64,000 nt of DNA from Rebecca billardiae RCC1528. Taxonomy: Eukaryota; Protista; Haptophyta. Of this stretch, positions 48,478-60,224 are shown piece after piece. Position numbers and translations under genes: made by a program. The stretch lies in NCBI GenBank assembly GCA_965240325.2, contig OZ251227.1, positions 992,001 through 1,056,000 of the forward strand. The letters run 5' to 3'. Positions within the stretch are counted from its first letter, which is position 1; each line of letters starts with the position of its first letter. A model generated the notes under the pieces. That model was not told the DNA's origin, did not search any database, and worked only from the letters and a program-made list of their open reading frames with translations.

Positions 48478-49025
48478 GCGAGATGCGCACCGCCCGCCGC
48501 AGCGCCCGCCGCTGCCGAGCCGGCCGCCGCTGCGGCCGCCGCGCCGGCTGCCGCCGCAGCGACCGCCGTCGCTGCGCCATCAGCCGGCCCGGTGCTGCCG
48601 CACTCGCCGGGCGACCCCTCGAAGATGCGCGCAGCGTGACGTGCGCGGCGAGCAACTCCTCGTCGCGAGATGCGCTCCACCCGCCGTCGCGCCGGCCGCC
48701 GCGGCGTCCGCCGCCGCGGCGTCTGCCACCGCGCCGCCCCGGCTACAGTGCCGGCGCAGCGCCCGACCGCTGCGGCGCCCGCCCGGCTGTCACGCCCGCA
48801 TTCAGCAGGCCCGGTGCTGCCGCGCTCGCCGGGCGACGAATCGATATCGCGCGCGGCGTGACGTGCGCGCCGAGTGACTCCTCGTCGCGAGATGCGCTCT
48901 GCCAGCAGCCGCGCCCGCCACCGCTGCTGCACTCGCCGCCGCGCCCCGGGATGCCACCGCGCCCGCGCCCGAACGTCACGCCCGCCGTCAGCAGGCCCGA
49001 TGCTGCCACGCTGGCCGGGCGCCGC
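48478..49025. repeat. Imperfect tandem repeat, ~3 units of ~190-220 bp
   Basis: cgagatgcgc at ~48479, ~48667 and ~48887, and cagc.ggcccg.tgctgcc.c.ct.gccgggc three times. Confidence 0.7.
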
Positions 49026-50482
49026 GGTGGTCGCGGCGTTTGATGCCGTCGCAGACGGCGTGCGAAGCGCGGCGTCGGTACCCGCCCACCCTGCACGATG
49101 TTGCCGCGCTGCAACCTCAGCTTGATCGCTGACTCCACGCTGAGAGGCTTACGCGAAGAGACAGCCCACCCGCACAGTGGCAGTCTTCGCCCAGGAGCGC
49201 CGTATGCGTAGCGGTGGGTGCGGAACGTGGCGCTCGACTTCTCCTCGGCGTCCGAGTCCTGCATCTGCTCCTGCACCAGCCCCTCCCATTCTGCGCGCGG
49301 GCGCGGAGTCGGTGGCCGCGCCGCACGATGTCGACGCGAGGGGCGCCGCAGCAGATGTCAGGTATGGTGACCGCGCTTCCGGCGGGCGTTTTCAAGCGGA
49401 ACTTCTGGAACGCGTTGCTCACTGAAACTCGTGCGGAACCACCGTGCCCGATTTTGCACCCCGCGGACGCACGGTCGGCGCGCCGAGCGAGCGCGCACCA
49501 GCGCGGGCACCCGGCTTGTGCCTCTGGTCGTGGAGCCAGTCGCCACGATTCGGCGGCGCCTTGAGCTTGCGCGCGTCCGCAATCGCCCAGGTTCGCCTCA
49601 CAACTCGTGGTGCTCACTTCCCCGCCGGCTCACGCGGCGGACTTGCATTCGCCTCGCGCCACAGCGCCCGCGCCCCCTCGCGGGGGCGGCTTCGAAGCCG
49701 CCGCCGCCGTCCGCCGCGCAACCGCCGAAGCTTCGCCAAAACTCCGGTCCGTTGTTTTGCAGGTCCCCCAGTGAGACCCGCCCACTGTAACGACTATATA
49801 GCGGCAGTTGTCGTAGTCGTCGGGCGGACGACGGTCTTATCAGTGACCTCTCTATAGCTAAAATCTATACTGCTCCTGTTGCTAGTGACGAGCTGCGGTG
49901 GTCGTACTCTGCCGCCCTCGGCCGGACGGGCCGCCGTCGTGCCCGGGGCCCGCGGACTCGTGTCCCGCAACGTCACGACCGACCGACGAGTGGGCAAATG
50001 GCGGCAAGGCACGACGGTACGGCACGCCGAATCGGCATGATGAACGAGTAGTTGAGTTAGGCCGCGTGCACGAGTACCTTGCGCCACGCCAGCAGCGTAA
50101 CGACCCGCGCCTGCAGCCCACCTTGCTCCGCGACTGCGAAGGCTCGCTGTGCGAGATGGAAAAGGACCTAACAAAAAACCTGGATCCTACAAAACTAAAA
50201 TTAGAAGTGCACCTGCTTGCTGCGCGCGCGCACAGCCCAGCCGGCGATTTCGTCGTACCGTACCTATGATGTGGACGCCTCGCAGCAGCGGCACGGCGCC
50301 CGCCCGACCACGATGAACGCCTGCATCGACGCGCCTGCTCTGGACGAAGATGTCTCAAACAATCACCTGGCCGTGAAGCGCGCCGACAGCTCGCTCGCAC
50401 GCTCAGCCCCGTACGCGGCGGCCCACGGTGGAGATGTGCTCGAGCATGCCTCCCGCCGGATGAGGCCTCGGACACTGGCGCA

Positions 50483-51994
50483 TCAGTACATGCCGCCCGC
50501 ACCCGGTGGGTATCCCAGCACGTTGCGATGCGGGTACGTGTCGTGGACGCTGCGGCCGAGCTCGTAAGGCAGGGGGTAATTTGCATACAGGTCGAGGGCC
50601 GTGGCGCTGCGCTCACGAGCGTCGTACGGCGCGAGAGGTGGCGCGTAAGCCCCATCTGCAGCGTAGGGCGGGGCATCGTACAACCCGCGTGCCGAGTAGG
50701 GCGAGCGCTCCAGGTACGCTTGCCGATGCCCGTATCCGTATCCACCGATGATCCCCTCAGCCGAGCCACCCGCCTGCCGCGTCAGCACGCCTTCGGCCTC
50801 ACCGGCGGCGGCACCAAACGGGGGCATCATCGGGCCGATGGCGCCGTACGCCGGCGGAGCCAGCGGCGGGTAGTAGCCAGGATGGTGCTCTGCGGAGTAC
50901 GGAGGCGGCAGGTACGGATCGTCAAGGCGGTAGCGCCCGTATCGCCCGATCCCACCACGCCAGTGCGCCGGCAGCCTCGCTTGGTGAGCCGGGACAGGAC
51001 CGTACGCGCCGGGCTGATAGTACGGGTGCACCTCAGACGAGCCGTGCGGCGGCGCTTCGCGACGCGGTTGCGTCGTCGGTCGCGCCCACCGAGGTGGCAG
51101 CTCGGCAGGATCGTCATCGAGGCTCGCTATGTGCGCCACGGCTGGGTCAGCGTGCGAAGGTCGGTGCTCGATCTCCGCTGCGCGCGCCGCGTGGACATCA
51201 GGCGCTCGCTCGACGGTGCCGCCCGCGAGACTGGCGCTGGTCGCCGCCGGCACAGCGGATGCCGCTGCCGCTGCGCGCTCGGTCGGACAAATCCGCGTGG
51301 CTGTGACGATGGGAGCAGCATTCACCAGAAGCACTCGTGCCTCGGTGGGCACCTCGGCAGACGACGGGTCGATCTGATTGGCAGCCACGGGCGCCGCGCC
51401 GGCGCGTCGCGGATGCGCCTGCACAGGGTGCGCATCGACGCGCTTCGTCGCAACGACGGGCGCTGAGATCGGGACTGCTTTGACCGTGTTGATCGGGTAG
51501 GCAGTCGCCACCTGCTGTGGTGGCTGCCCAGCCTCGTCGCGCCGCGCAGCGGCACCCATCACCTCGTGAAACTTGATGCGCTGCCGCCGGTTCTGGAACC
51601 ACACCTGCACCGATCGTGGGTTCATGCTCAGCGAGCGTGCGATCGTCGTACGCATGTGCGCACTGGGCACCGGATTCACGTCAAAGATGCGCGTGAGCAC
51701 CTGCACCTGCTCGTTGGTAAAGATGGTGCGGCGGTTACGCGGCGGATCGGGTAGTAGGCCGGGCGCATCGCTCCCTGGCCCCGGCGAGCTCGCCGCGAGC
51801 ACGGCCTCGGCCGAGAGTGCAGACGGGTCGGCGCCCGTCGGGAGCGGCTCGGCCGACGACTGCGTGAGCGAGCCGTCGACGGAGGCGAGGAGTGCGTGGA
51901 CGGAAGCGTCGGCGCGCGCTTCCCACTGCGCGTCCACCCCTTCCCGCTCCGACTCCTCGTCGGGCACGCTCGCCGCGACACCAGGCGTGATCAT
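50483..51994 (-). CDS. Homeodomain transcription factor
   Basis: RNRRTIFTNEQVQVL...F...P...R..IA....MNPRSVQVWFQNRRQR; Y/P-rich C-terminal region. Confidence 0.9.
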   Translation of the reverse strand: MITPGVAASVPDEESEREGVDAQWEARADASVHALLASVDGSLTQSSAEPLPTGADPSALSAEAVLAASSPGPGSDAPGLLPDPPRNRRTIFTNEQVQVLTRIFDVNPVPSAHMRTTIARSLSMNPRSVQVWFQNRRQRIKFHEVMGAAARRDEAGQPPQQVATAYPINTVKAVPISAPVVATKRVDAHPVQAHPRRAGAAPVAANQIDPSSAEVPTEARVLLVNAAPIVTATRICPTERAAAAASAVPAATSASLAGGTVERAPDVHAARAAEIEHRPSHADPAVAHIASLDDDPAELPPRWARPTTQPRREAPPHGSSEVHPYYQPGAYGPVPAHQARLPAHWRGGIGRYGRYRLDDPYLPPPYSAEHHPGYYPPLAPPAYGAIGPMMPPFGAAAGEAEGVLTRQAGGSAEGIIGGYGYGHRQAYLERSPYSARGLYDAPPYAADGAYAPPLAPYDARERSATALDLYANYPLPYELGRSVHDTYPHRNVLGYPPGAGGMY

Positions 51995-52836
51995 ACTGGC
52001 ACGACCCAGCCTGGGCGGAGGTCCGCCTGGCTTCCACGCCAGCTCGAAGCTCGTCGCTGGAGAAGCTGCAGTCGATCGGCTGCTGGGCTCGCGCACGCGT
52101 TCGCACCGGTACTGATCATCGATGATGATCATGATGATCTTGCTGACGAAACGACATCATGACAAGGGCCGTGACCAGCAAACGCTTGGAGCTCTGTGCA
52201 GGTATTTGATGGTCCTTTGATGGCGGTACAACGAGGAAAATAAGGGAAAGCGAGCGCGGATTTGTGATTGGCCCGTTCGTCGCTCCGTACCACATATGTA
52301 TCCCGAGCGCTATTCATCAGGTTACCCAAACCACATATCTACGTACCTCGATCCGACTCATATTTGGAAAGGAACCTCATAGTATGATGATACTCACATA
52401 TATCTAGTGGCTTACATAAACGCCCTTGCTTACTAAGAATAAGAGACGCACACAGCTCAGGCAGGCGAATGTGTATGTACAATCCAGATGCGCGAACCAG
52501 AGAATCCCCATCAAATTATTGTGATGATGAAACTCTAATAAGCGGCATACCCATTTTCCAGTGCGAACATTCTCGTTGTGAGAGAACTAAACGACCCTCC
52601 CAAAACTGCTGTGGGCTTGCTTATCCAAGTACCCCGCACATGTAATTTTCGGCAGGGATGAATATTCGTCGCCGAAAGCCACTCATGCATGAATAACATC
52701 CTAATAAATCATTTATACACCGGTTGAGGAACCGTCTCACCTATGATGAAGATGTACATCACCATTAATAGTGATGACTCACGAACAGGTGCGCGCGGGC
52801 GCCTGGCCCTGCGGCTGGGCCGCCCCAGCCTGTGCC

Positions 52837-53913
52837 CAAGGGTGGTCAGGGTCGCCGACTCCAGCGGAGCCCGGCGCCGGAGGTTCACCTCCGATTTTTT
52901 GCAGCGGCGCGGCGCGCGGGGCCGCCGCCGCTGTGGCGGGCCGCTCGGGGCGTGCACGGCGTGGGCTCGTGCGGCCGCTGCCGCGCACGCCGAGCGATCC
53001 GGCGCGGGCTCGCGGCTTGTCGATGGCCTCGCGCGCCGCAGCGCGACGCGCGCCTTGCCTAGCTTCGCCTGTCTCGCGCCTTGGCCGCCGTGCACGCGTG
53101 CGCCGCCAAACCGCAAGCTCGGCATACCTCTCAGCCGAGCGTGCACGTGCCTTGCGCGACGCGACGCGGGCTTTGCCGCCAGGCGATGTAGGCGTAGTGC
53201 GAGCGCGCGCCGTGAAGCCTCAGCGCGGATCGAGAGTGTCTTCAACGTCTCGGTCAGCTGTCGACAACTGCTGACGCATCGACCACCAATGGACATCACG
53301 GTCCTCCGTTGAACGATGGGATATCGCGACGCTGCGACTCGTGAAGACTAGTCGAGCGTTGTAGCCAAAACGATGAACGCCACTATGACGTGTGTGTGAG
53401 CCTTGCGTGACGATGCGACGTGACGATCGCCCCGGCAAGAGAGTCAGTCGTGCAGCTTTCAGCACTGCTCAACGAACAGACGGTCCACGCGCGTACGCGG
53501 CCTCATTTCATTGTTCTCGATCCGCGCTGAGGCTTCACGGCGCGCGCTCGCACTACGCCTACATCGCCTGGCGGCAATGCCCGCGTCGCGTCGCGCAAGG
53601 CACGTGCACGCTCGGCTGAGAGGTATGCCGAGCTTGCGGTTTGGCGGCGCACGCGTGCACGGCGGCCAAGGCGCGAGACAGGCGAAGCTAGGCAAGGCGC
53701 GCGTCGCGCTGCGGCGCGCGAGGCCATCGACAAGCCGCGAGCCCGCGCCGGATCGCTCGGCGTGCGCGGCAGCGGCCGCACGAGCCCACGCCGTGCACGC
53801 CCCGAGCGGCCCGCCACAGCGGCGGCGGCCCCGCGCGCCGCGCCGCTGCAAAAAATCGGAGGTGAACCTCCGGCGCCGGGCTCCGCTGGAGTCGGCGACC
53901 CTGACCACCCTTG
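52837..53913. mobile_element. Non-autonomous long-TIR DNA transposon, element B
   Basis: ~395 bp inverted repeats (52837-~53235 / ~53515-53913); termini CAAGGG...CCCTTG; 7-bp TSD CTGTGCC at 52830-52836 and 53914-53920. Confidence 0.9.
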
Positions 53914-55108
53914 CTGTGCCCGTCATTCGGGCCACGCTCTTCTGAGCCGGAGCAATCCTCCACGGTTCGGTATGCTCTCTCTCTCTCGGGCCACGGCGAG
54001 CAGCAGCTCATGTGAGATCGAGTCAGACTTGCACCCAGGCCCACAGCAGTCACGCACACGGCACAGGCGCCCGATGGATTCACCCCCGGAACCAAGCCGC
54101 AAGCAGACGCGACCGCCACGGCCTGCAATGTGCGCACGAGGGGTATTGATGAGAGGTGACATGCGTGTTCAGTTGTCGAGGCTTTCATGCTGTCGACGAC
54201 GGGCTTGGTCACCTACTTCCCATCTGCCTGCCCTGCGCTGGCCACTGGCACTGCGAGGCCAAGACCCGACAGTCGTACGCGGACCCGAACCCGCACATCT
54301 GACAAGTGACATCCCTGCTGCCTCTGTCACCAACTGGCAACTGTCATCTGAAGTGCGGCGCGCAACAAGCGCCACCGTCATATGGTCATTCGCGATCGGC
54401 CGAAGGCACGCGCAACCAGCGCGAATGTTGTCCAATAGCTGCGAGCGCTCTCATCGAGCGCGCCTGCACGTTCCGTCGTCGCACGTCGCCCGCGGCCCGC
54501 GCCGCGGCGGCACCCGCTTGCTCACTCAGGGAGCGCCAGGATGCACTCCGGACCGATCAGGGGCCGAGCAATGTGAATGAGCCATTCGGTGCGTGCCCTG
54601 CGCAGTGGGCGTTGGCGCCGGGTGCCCGCTTCGCCGTTCGATCTCGCCCTCGGCGCCCTGCTGACCGCTTGAGCGCGCGCACCAGATGCGCATTCGCACG
54701 CGTACGTGCCGTGTCCTGCGAGTGCTGCGCGCAGCTCAGCTGAGCTCGGATGTCAGTACGTGTCTGGCAGGCTCCCAGAGACGCGGCCTGCCATCTCGTG
54801 TACAGTTCAGGCGCAGCCGTCTGCAGCGCTGAGAGAGAACTTCAGAGAACGCGGCTGGCGGTTGCCAGCGCTTGACTCCAGCCGGTATAGCGATTTGCAC
54901 CGGACGGAATGAATTCAATGATGCCGGTGCCGAGTTGGACCGGTCCCGCGGGCCGCGCCGCCGGTGTGAGTGAGAACCGATCCGCGGATCCAGCGGAGGC
55001 GCCGGAGTCGGGCATCGACCACGGCGCGGGCGGGCGTCAGGGAGATATTATTGGGCCTGTAATAACAATAAGCACTTTTTCTCTCGATACAGTTCAGACT
55101 CGAATTTG

Positions 55109-55384
<276 letters not shown>

Positions 55385-55388
<4 letters not shown>

Positions 55389-58300
55389 AGGGAACGCGTC
55401 TCGAGGCTTGACGGTCGCGAGGTCGGTCGACGGCTTCGGCTGTTGTTTGCGGTGGTAAGCTCAGCGTGTTTTGTGTGATCGGCTCATGTTTCGTTCATTT
55501 CTAAGAAGCATCTGGAATGCTTCGAGATGTCGCCGCCAGGTCGCCGCCAGCCATGCTGTCCTGCTGTATTTTAGGATGAGGTTCAGGTCGATTTTGGAGG
55601 ATTTTGTGCGAGCGCCGCCGCAGCGGTCGCGCCGCCACTGTGTGACTGCGAGTAAAATGTTGGATTGGAAATTGGAAATCACTGTAGATTGGCGATTCCT
55701 TTGACACCCCCCCTCAATCCAATATGCGCTCGTCTGTGAGGACTAAGCTTGGATTATGAGTGATTTTGGGCTTGGTATTGTTTGTGCATCTGTGTGCATG
55801 AGTGAATTGGAGTCAGTAATGGTTGCCAATGCCAGGATACGGGTCATGTGCTGGGACTTCCGTGTGACGGTTTTGAGTAACCCGAGTCAGTCCTGGGCTT
55901 ATTTGCACCATATGTTCACTCTTTGGCCTTGATTTTGGACCTTGTTATTGGGTCATGCCCTGCCTTGATAGTTAATCATAGGCATCCGGAGCAGGAATAT
56001 CCAGGAAATGGATACGCTCCTTGGGAAATTTGTTGGCTCCCTTGTTTTTGCCTTTGTTGTAATTGTTGGCCTTGGGGCGTAGCTCTGGGTGGAGCTTCCA
56101 ACACTGCTGGGCAGTATGGTTCTTGAGACCACAGTGAGTGCACCGTTTGCCGGTGTCCGAGTTATTCGGCCCGCTCTCGCCATTGGCTGGAGCCTTTTGG
56201 GCCTGAGCGGCGAAGAATTCGGCGCCCTCAAAGTCACCGCGTCGCCGCGTGCCTTGCTGATAATCAGCATTTTGGCGTATCTTGGAATAGTTTTCGGTCT
56301 CTCTCCCCTTGGTATTGTTCTGATGGAGTAGCTTCATTGAGCCGTGCCGTTTGTAGGCATCTTCCATCTGGGCCATTATCTGGTCAGTGTTATCCACAAA
56401 TTGCTCGGGCGTGAGCGCTCCGAAGTGCGAGATAACTGACTCGTAGACTTGGGGATGGTCGTGCATGCTGTTATACAGCTTGAAGACCAACATCGTAGCA
56501 TCGTCCAGATTCCCATATCGAGATGAGCGGACTTGCTCGACGGATTTCTTGATAATGTCCGATGCGCCAATGGGCGACACCTTTGTCGGGTATAACTTCA
56601 GGAATTCATCCCTGAGTTCGGACATAGTTGTGATCTTGAGCTCGCGCTCAAATATCTGTAGCAGCAGCGCCAGATCCAAGTAGTTCTTGGTCGGATCGCT
56701 GATGTGCAGCTTCGATTCCAGATAGGCGAATAACTGAGGCTCGATAGAGTCCTTCAGCTGCTTGAATATCGCTGCCGCAGATCGATCGTAGACCGATCCG
56801 ATCTTGTTGGCGTCAGCGTTGTCAGCCTTGTATGGATCGATTTTGGCTGCGTCTTTCACCCATTTGTCTTTGGCAATGAGTTGAAAGCCGGATAGCTTGC
56901 TATCCTTGGGCTCCATTATGTCCGGTGTGACATCTGAGGATTTGCCCTTGTAGTAGGTGCTCACTTCTGCGAGTGCATCCCGTATCGCGCTGTGTACCGC
57001 GCGCTTGGATTTCAGAGCTGACTGTGTCAGCTTGTGTGTGGCGGGTGTATCCACTCCTGCCGAGGATTCGCGTGCCATGAACACACGTTCCTTCTTGGTT
57101 GGATTAGAGTCTGTGACTCCTCCTTCGATGACTATCCAGTCACGTTTCTTCGACTCAAGTGCATTGGTCGATGTGTCGCGCGCGCTCTGTGGCGATTCGC
57201 GCTCTACCTTCGAGCGAGGAGTGACCCTCGTCGAGGCTGTGGTGCCTTCTTTGGGCTTCTTCACGCTCGTTCTGTCCAGCGGTGATGCATGTGCATCCGC
57301 GGCAGCTTCGGCGGAATACTCTTCCTTGCAAGAGTGTGGCGTTGTGATGGCTGACGCAGCTGATGCATGCGCACGCGCGTCGCGCTCGCCAACTTGGTTT
57401 TGCTGCGGCTTTGCCGTCAAGCAGGTGTATGATGCCCCCCCTGCATCGCATGCGCTTCCTACGTTCGACGCGAGTCGATACGTGCCAGACGAGGACTCTG
57501 CCGTCTCTGCGGCGGTCATCTCGCGGCTGCTTGTGTCGCTCGTGGCGAGCAGCTCGGCTTCGGAAGCCATCGTGAGTCTGGTAATTTTGGGGTAAACGTA
57601 TTTGTTTGGGTCAGGCGCATCAACAATAAATGCGGCCGCTGACTTAATGCTTGAGTTCGCTGTGACAGAGTCACGCGTCGTCGCATCTTGGAGCATAGTT
57701 TGCTCTGCCAGACCATACAGGTCGTTTGAGTCGCACTCATCGGTGCTAACAAGGTCATCGTTCGATCGGTCAGACTCAGACACAGAGTCGTGCGAGCGAG
57801 GCTGCAGACTGACTGCGGTCACGACCGCGCTGTCATTGGCGGCGGCCAGAAGGCCAGCACGCCGAGCAGCGTTGGCAGGCTCGAGGGCCTCGACGGTCGG
57901 AGCGGCATCAGCGGCAGCAGCGTCGAGCGCTACATCTGCCCCGGAACGCTCGGTGACCTCGTTCGATGACTCGGAGGCCGCAAGGCACTCCTTGAGCTGC
58001 GGGCTCTCAGCCGCGCGCTCTTGAACCGCGCTCGCGGGCGCAGAGTCCCGGGCGGTAGTTGTTGAGATCCCCTGCGCAACGACGTGCGTGCGGATGGAGT
58101 GGCGCGATGGCGGGGGATGCGAGCGGCAACGCTCCTCCTCACCGCGCTGTGCGCGAACCTCCTCCTCAAGGTGATCCTTGATGTCGGCTCGAGGCCTTGC
58201 GTGCGATGCAGCATTGCGCGCATACGACACGATGCTGCCTGAGTTCAGGTCAGCGATGTTGCCAGGCCCGGAGGCGCTGGAGATGGGCTTGCGGAGAAGC

Positions 58301-58863
58301 GTGAGCTTCTCGCCTTGCCGGTTCTTCTCAGCCTGCATGCCCCTCAGGGCAGCCGCGAGGTAGTCTGGCGTGCGCTTGCGCGCAACCGCCGATGAGCCGC
58401 GCGGCATTGCCGCGCGCTCGGCCACGCCTGGCTTCAACCCAATGAGGGGAGCAACTGGGGCGGGCTGACGGCCGTTCACGTCCTTGCCGCTGTTCTCGTC
58501 GTCTCCATCCTTGCCCAAGTTCTCCCAGCACCGTGCTAGCATGTCAGGGAACGCGTCTCGAGGCTTGACGGTCGCGAGGTCGGTCGACGGCTTCGGCTGT
58601 TGTTTGCGGTGGTAAGCTCAGCGTGTTTTGTGTGATCGGCTCATGTTTCGTTCATTTCTAAGAAGCATCTGGAATGCTTCGAGATGTCGCCGCCAGGTCG
58701 CCGCCAGCCATGCTGTCCTGCTGTATTTTAGGATGAGGTTCAGGTCGATTTTGGAGGATTTTGTGCGAGCGCCGCCGCAGCGGTCGCGCCGCCACTGTGT
58801 GACTGCGAGTAAAATGTTGGATTGGAAATTGGAAATCACTGTAGATTGGCGATTCCTTTGACA
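55385..58863 (-). mobile_element. Non-autonomous gag-only LTR retroelement
   Basis: 322-bp LTRs 55385-55706 and 58542-58863 (TGTCA...TGACA) appear identical; polypurine tract GAGGGGGGG next to the 3' LTR on the minus strand; flanked by (TA)n on both sides. Confidence 0.92.
55972..58542 (-). CDS. gag: Gag-like protein with CCHC zinc knuckle
   Basis: 856 aa ORF between the LTRs; CTHCGLKNHTAQQC (CX2CX4HX4C) near the C-terminus; lower GC than host genes. Confidence 0.8.
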   Translation of the reverse strand: MLARCWENLGKDGDDENSGKDVNGRQPAPVAPLIGLKPGVAERAAMPRGSSAVARKRTPDYLAAALRGMQAEKNRQGEKLTLLRKPISSASGPGNIADLNSGSIVSYARNAASHARPRADIKDHLEEEVRAQRGEEERCRSHPPPSRHSIRTHVVAQGISTTTARDSAPASAVQERAAESPQLKECLAASESSNEVTERSGADVALDAAAADAAPTVEALEPANAARRAGLLAAANDSAVVTAVSLQPRSHDSVSESDRSNDDLVSTDECDSNDLYGLAEQTMLQDATTRDSVTANSSIKSAAAFIVDAPDPNKYVYPKITRLTMASEAELLATSDTSSREMTAAETAESSSGTYRLASNVGSACDAGGASYTCLTAKPQQNQVGERDARAHASAASAITTPHSCKEEYSAEAAADAHASPLDRTSVKKPKEGTTASTRVTPRSKVERESPQSARDTSTNALESKKRDWIVIEGGVTDSNPTKKERVFMARESSAGVDTPATHKLTQSALKSKRAVHSAIRDALAEVSTYYKGKSSDVTPDIMEPKDSKLSGFQLIAKDKWVKDAAKIDPYKADNADANKIGSVYDRSAAAIFKQLKDSIEPQLFAYLESKLHISDPTKNYLDLALLLQIFERELKITTMSELRDEFLKLYPTKVSPIGASDIIKKSVEQVRSSRYGNLDDATMLVFKLYNSMHDHPQVYESVISHFGALTPEQFVDNTDQIMAQMEDAYKRHGSMKLLHQNNTKGRETENYSKIRQNADYQQGTRRRGDFEGAEFFAAQAQKAPANGESGPNNSDTGKRCTHCGLKNHTAQQCWKLHPELRPKANNYNKGKNKGANKFPKERIHFLDIPAPDAYD

Positions 58864-58880
58864 ATATATATATATGTATG

Positions 58881-58941
<61 letters not shown>
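58864..58941. repeat. (TA)n microsatellite
   Basis: Directly visible. Confidence 0.95.
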
Positions 58942-58943
<2 letters not shown>

Positions 58944-58945
58944 AT

Positions 58946-59450
58946 TGTCAGGGAACGCGTCTTGAGGCATGACGGTCACGAGGTCGGTTGACGGCTTCGG
59001 CCGTGCGATGTTGCGGGTGTTTTGCGCTGCACAGGCTTCACTTTACCTTCGCCCGCCAGTTCTGATCATCTGGCTTGGAAGCTTCGAGATGAGGTCGGAA
59101 CGTTGGCGTCCATGCTATGTTGCTGTCGATTATTTTATGATCATGCAGGTCCGTGTTGATTTTGGATGATTTTGTGCGAGCGCCGCCGCAGCGGTCGCGC
59201 CGCCACTGTGTGACTGCGAGAAAAATGTTGCCATTGCCGATGTTGGATTGGAGATTGGAAATCACTGTAGATTGGGCATTGGCGATTCCTTTGACCCCCC
59301 CCCCCCCCCTTACAATCCAATATGCGCTCGTCTGTGAGGACTAAGCTTGGATCATGAGTGTTTGTTCAGAGTCTGTGTGCATGAGTGAATTGGAGTCAGT
59401 AATGGTTGCCAATGCCAGGTCATACTGGTCATGTGCTGGGACTTCCGTGT
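58946..59450 (-). mobile_element. Truncated related LTR element: diverged 3' LTR (58946-59295), PPT and ~150 bp internal sequence
   Basis: tgtcagggaacgcgtc...ggcgattcctttgac followed by poly-C and caatccaatatgcgctcgtctgtgaggactaagcttgga, homologous to 55385-~55865. Confidence 0.85.
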
Positions 59451-60224
59451 AGCTTGGTTTCTAGGCCCTTTCAGACTGACTCCAGGCCGAAAAACGGCGA
59501 AAATTTGATGATGATGAATGGGGGTTTTGACGCTACAGTAGCTCCAATTAACGGTTTTGCTGGGATCCTTCTTCTAACAAGTTTTTGATGACTCGAAACA
59601 TTACGCTTTGAAACAACAATCAAACGTCGTCGCTCGGCAAACTCGTACAGTTTACTAAGAATAAGAGACGCACACAGCTCAGGCAGACAGTACTCCAGCG
59701 CATACAAGAAGGACAAAAATACGTACTCACTTGTTTCACCCCCGGGGGTATATATCTGATCCCACGTCCGTCCATCGACATAGGCGGATTGGCCCCGGCC
59801 GCCTCCGGGCGAGGCTAGATTTCGTCAATAATGGCGCGTCTTGTTAATAATAGAGAGCGCAATGTAGCTTACGCCTAGAAAAAGCGAAAACTGGCACACG
59901 GTCGATCCTCCGCAACAAGTAACAACCCTCAAAATCGTCCGCCCCCGTCCCCTTTATTATACAGTATTCTTATATTTGATCAAAATAAGATCGATCTTAT
60001 TTTTGACAACTACGCGTAGACTCGTAGAGTGCCAAGGGCCCCCGGCCCCGGGCCGGGGCGCTACGCTGTAGTCGGCTGTACTCGCGCTGGCCGCGCCCGT
60101 CGCCGGCGTCCCGGGTGCTGACTGACTGCGCGGGCCGCCATATATAAAGGTCGTCGAAAGGGCCGGCTGCGCTCAGAACGCGCGGTCATATTACAATATC
60201 TCTAGCTCTCATCTCTCTTAGATC

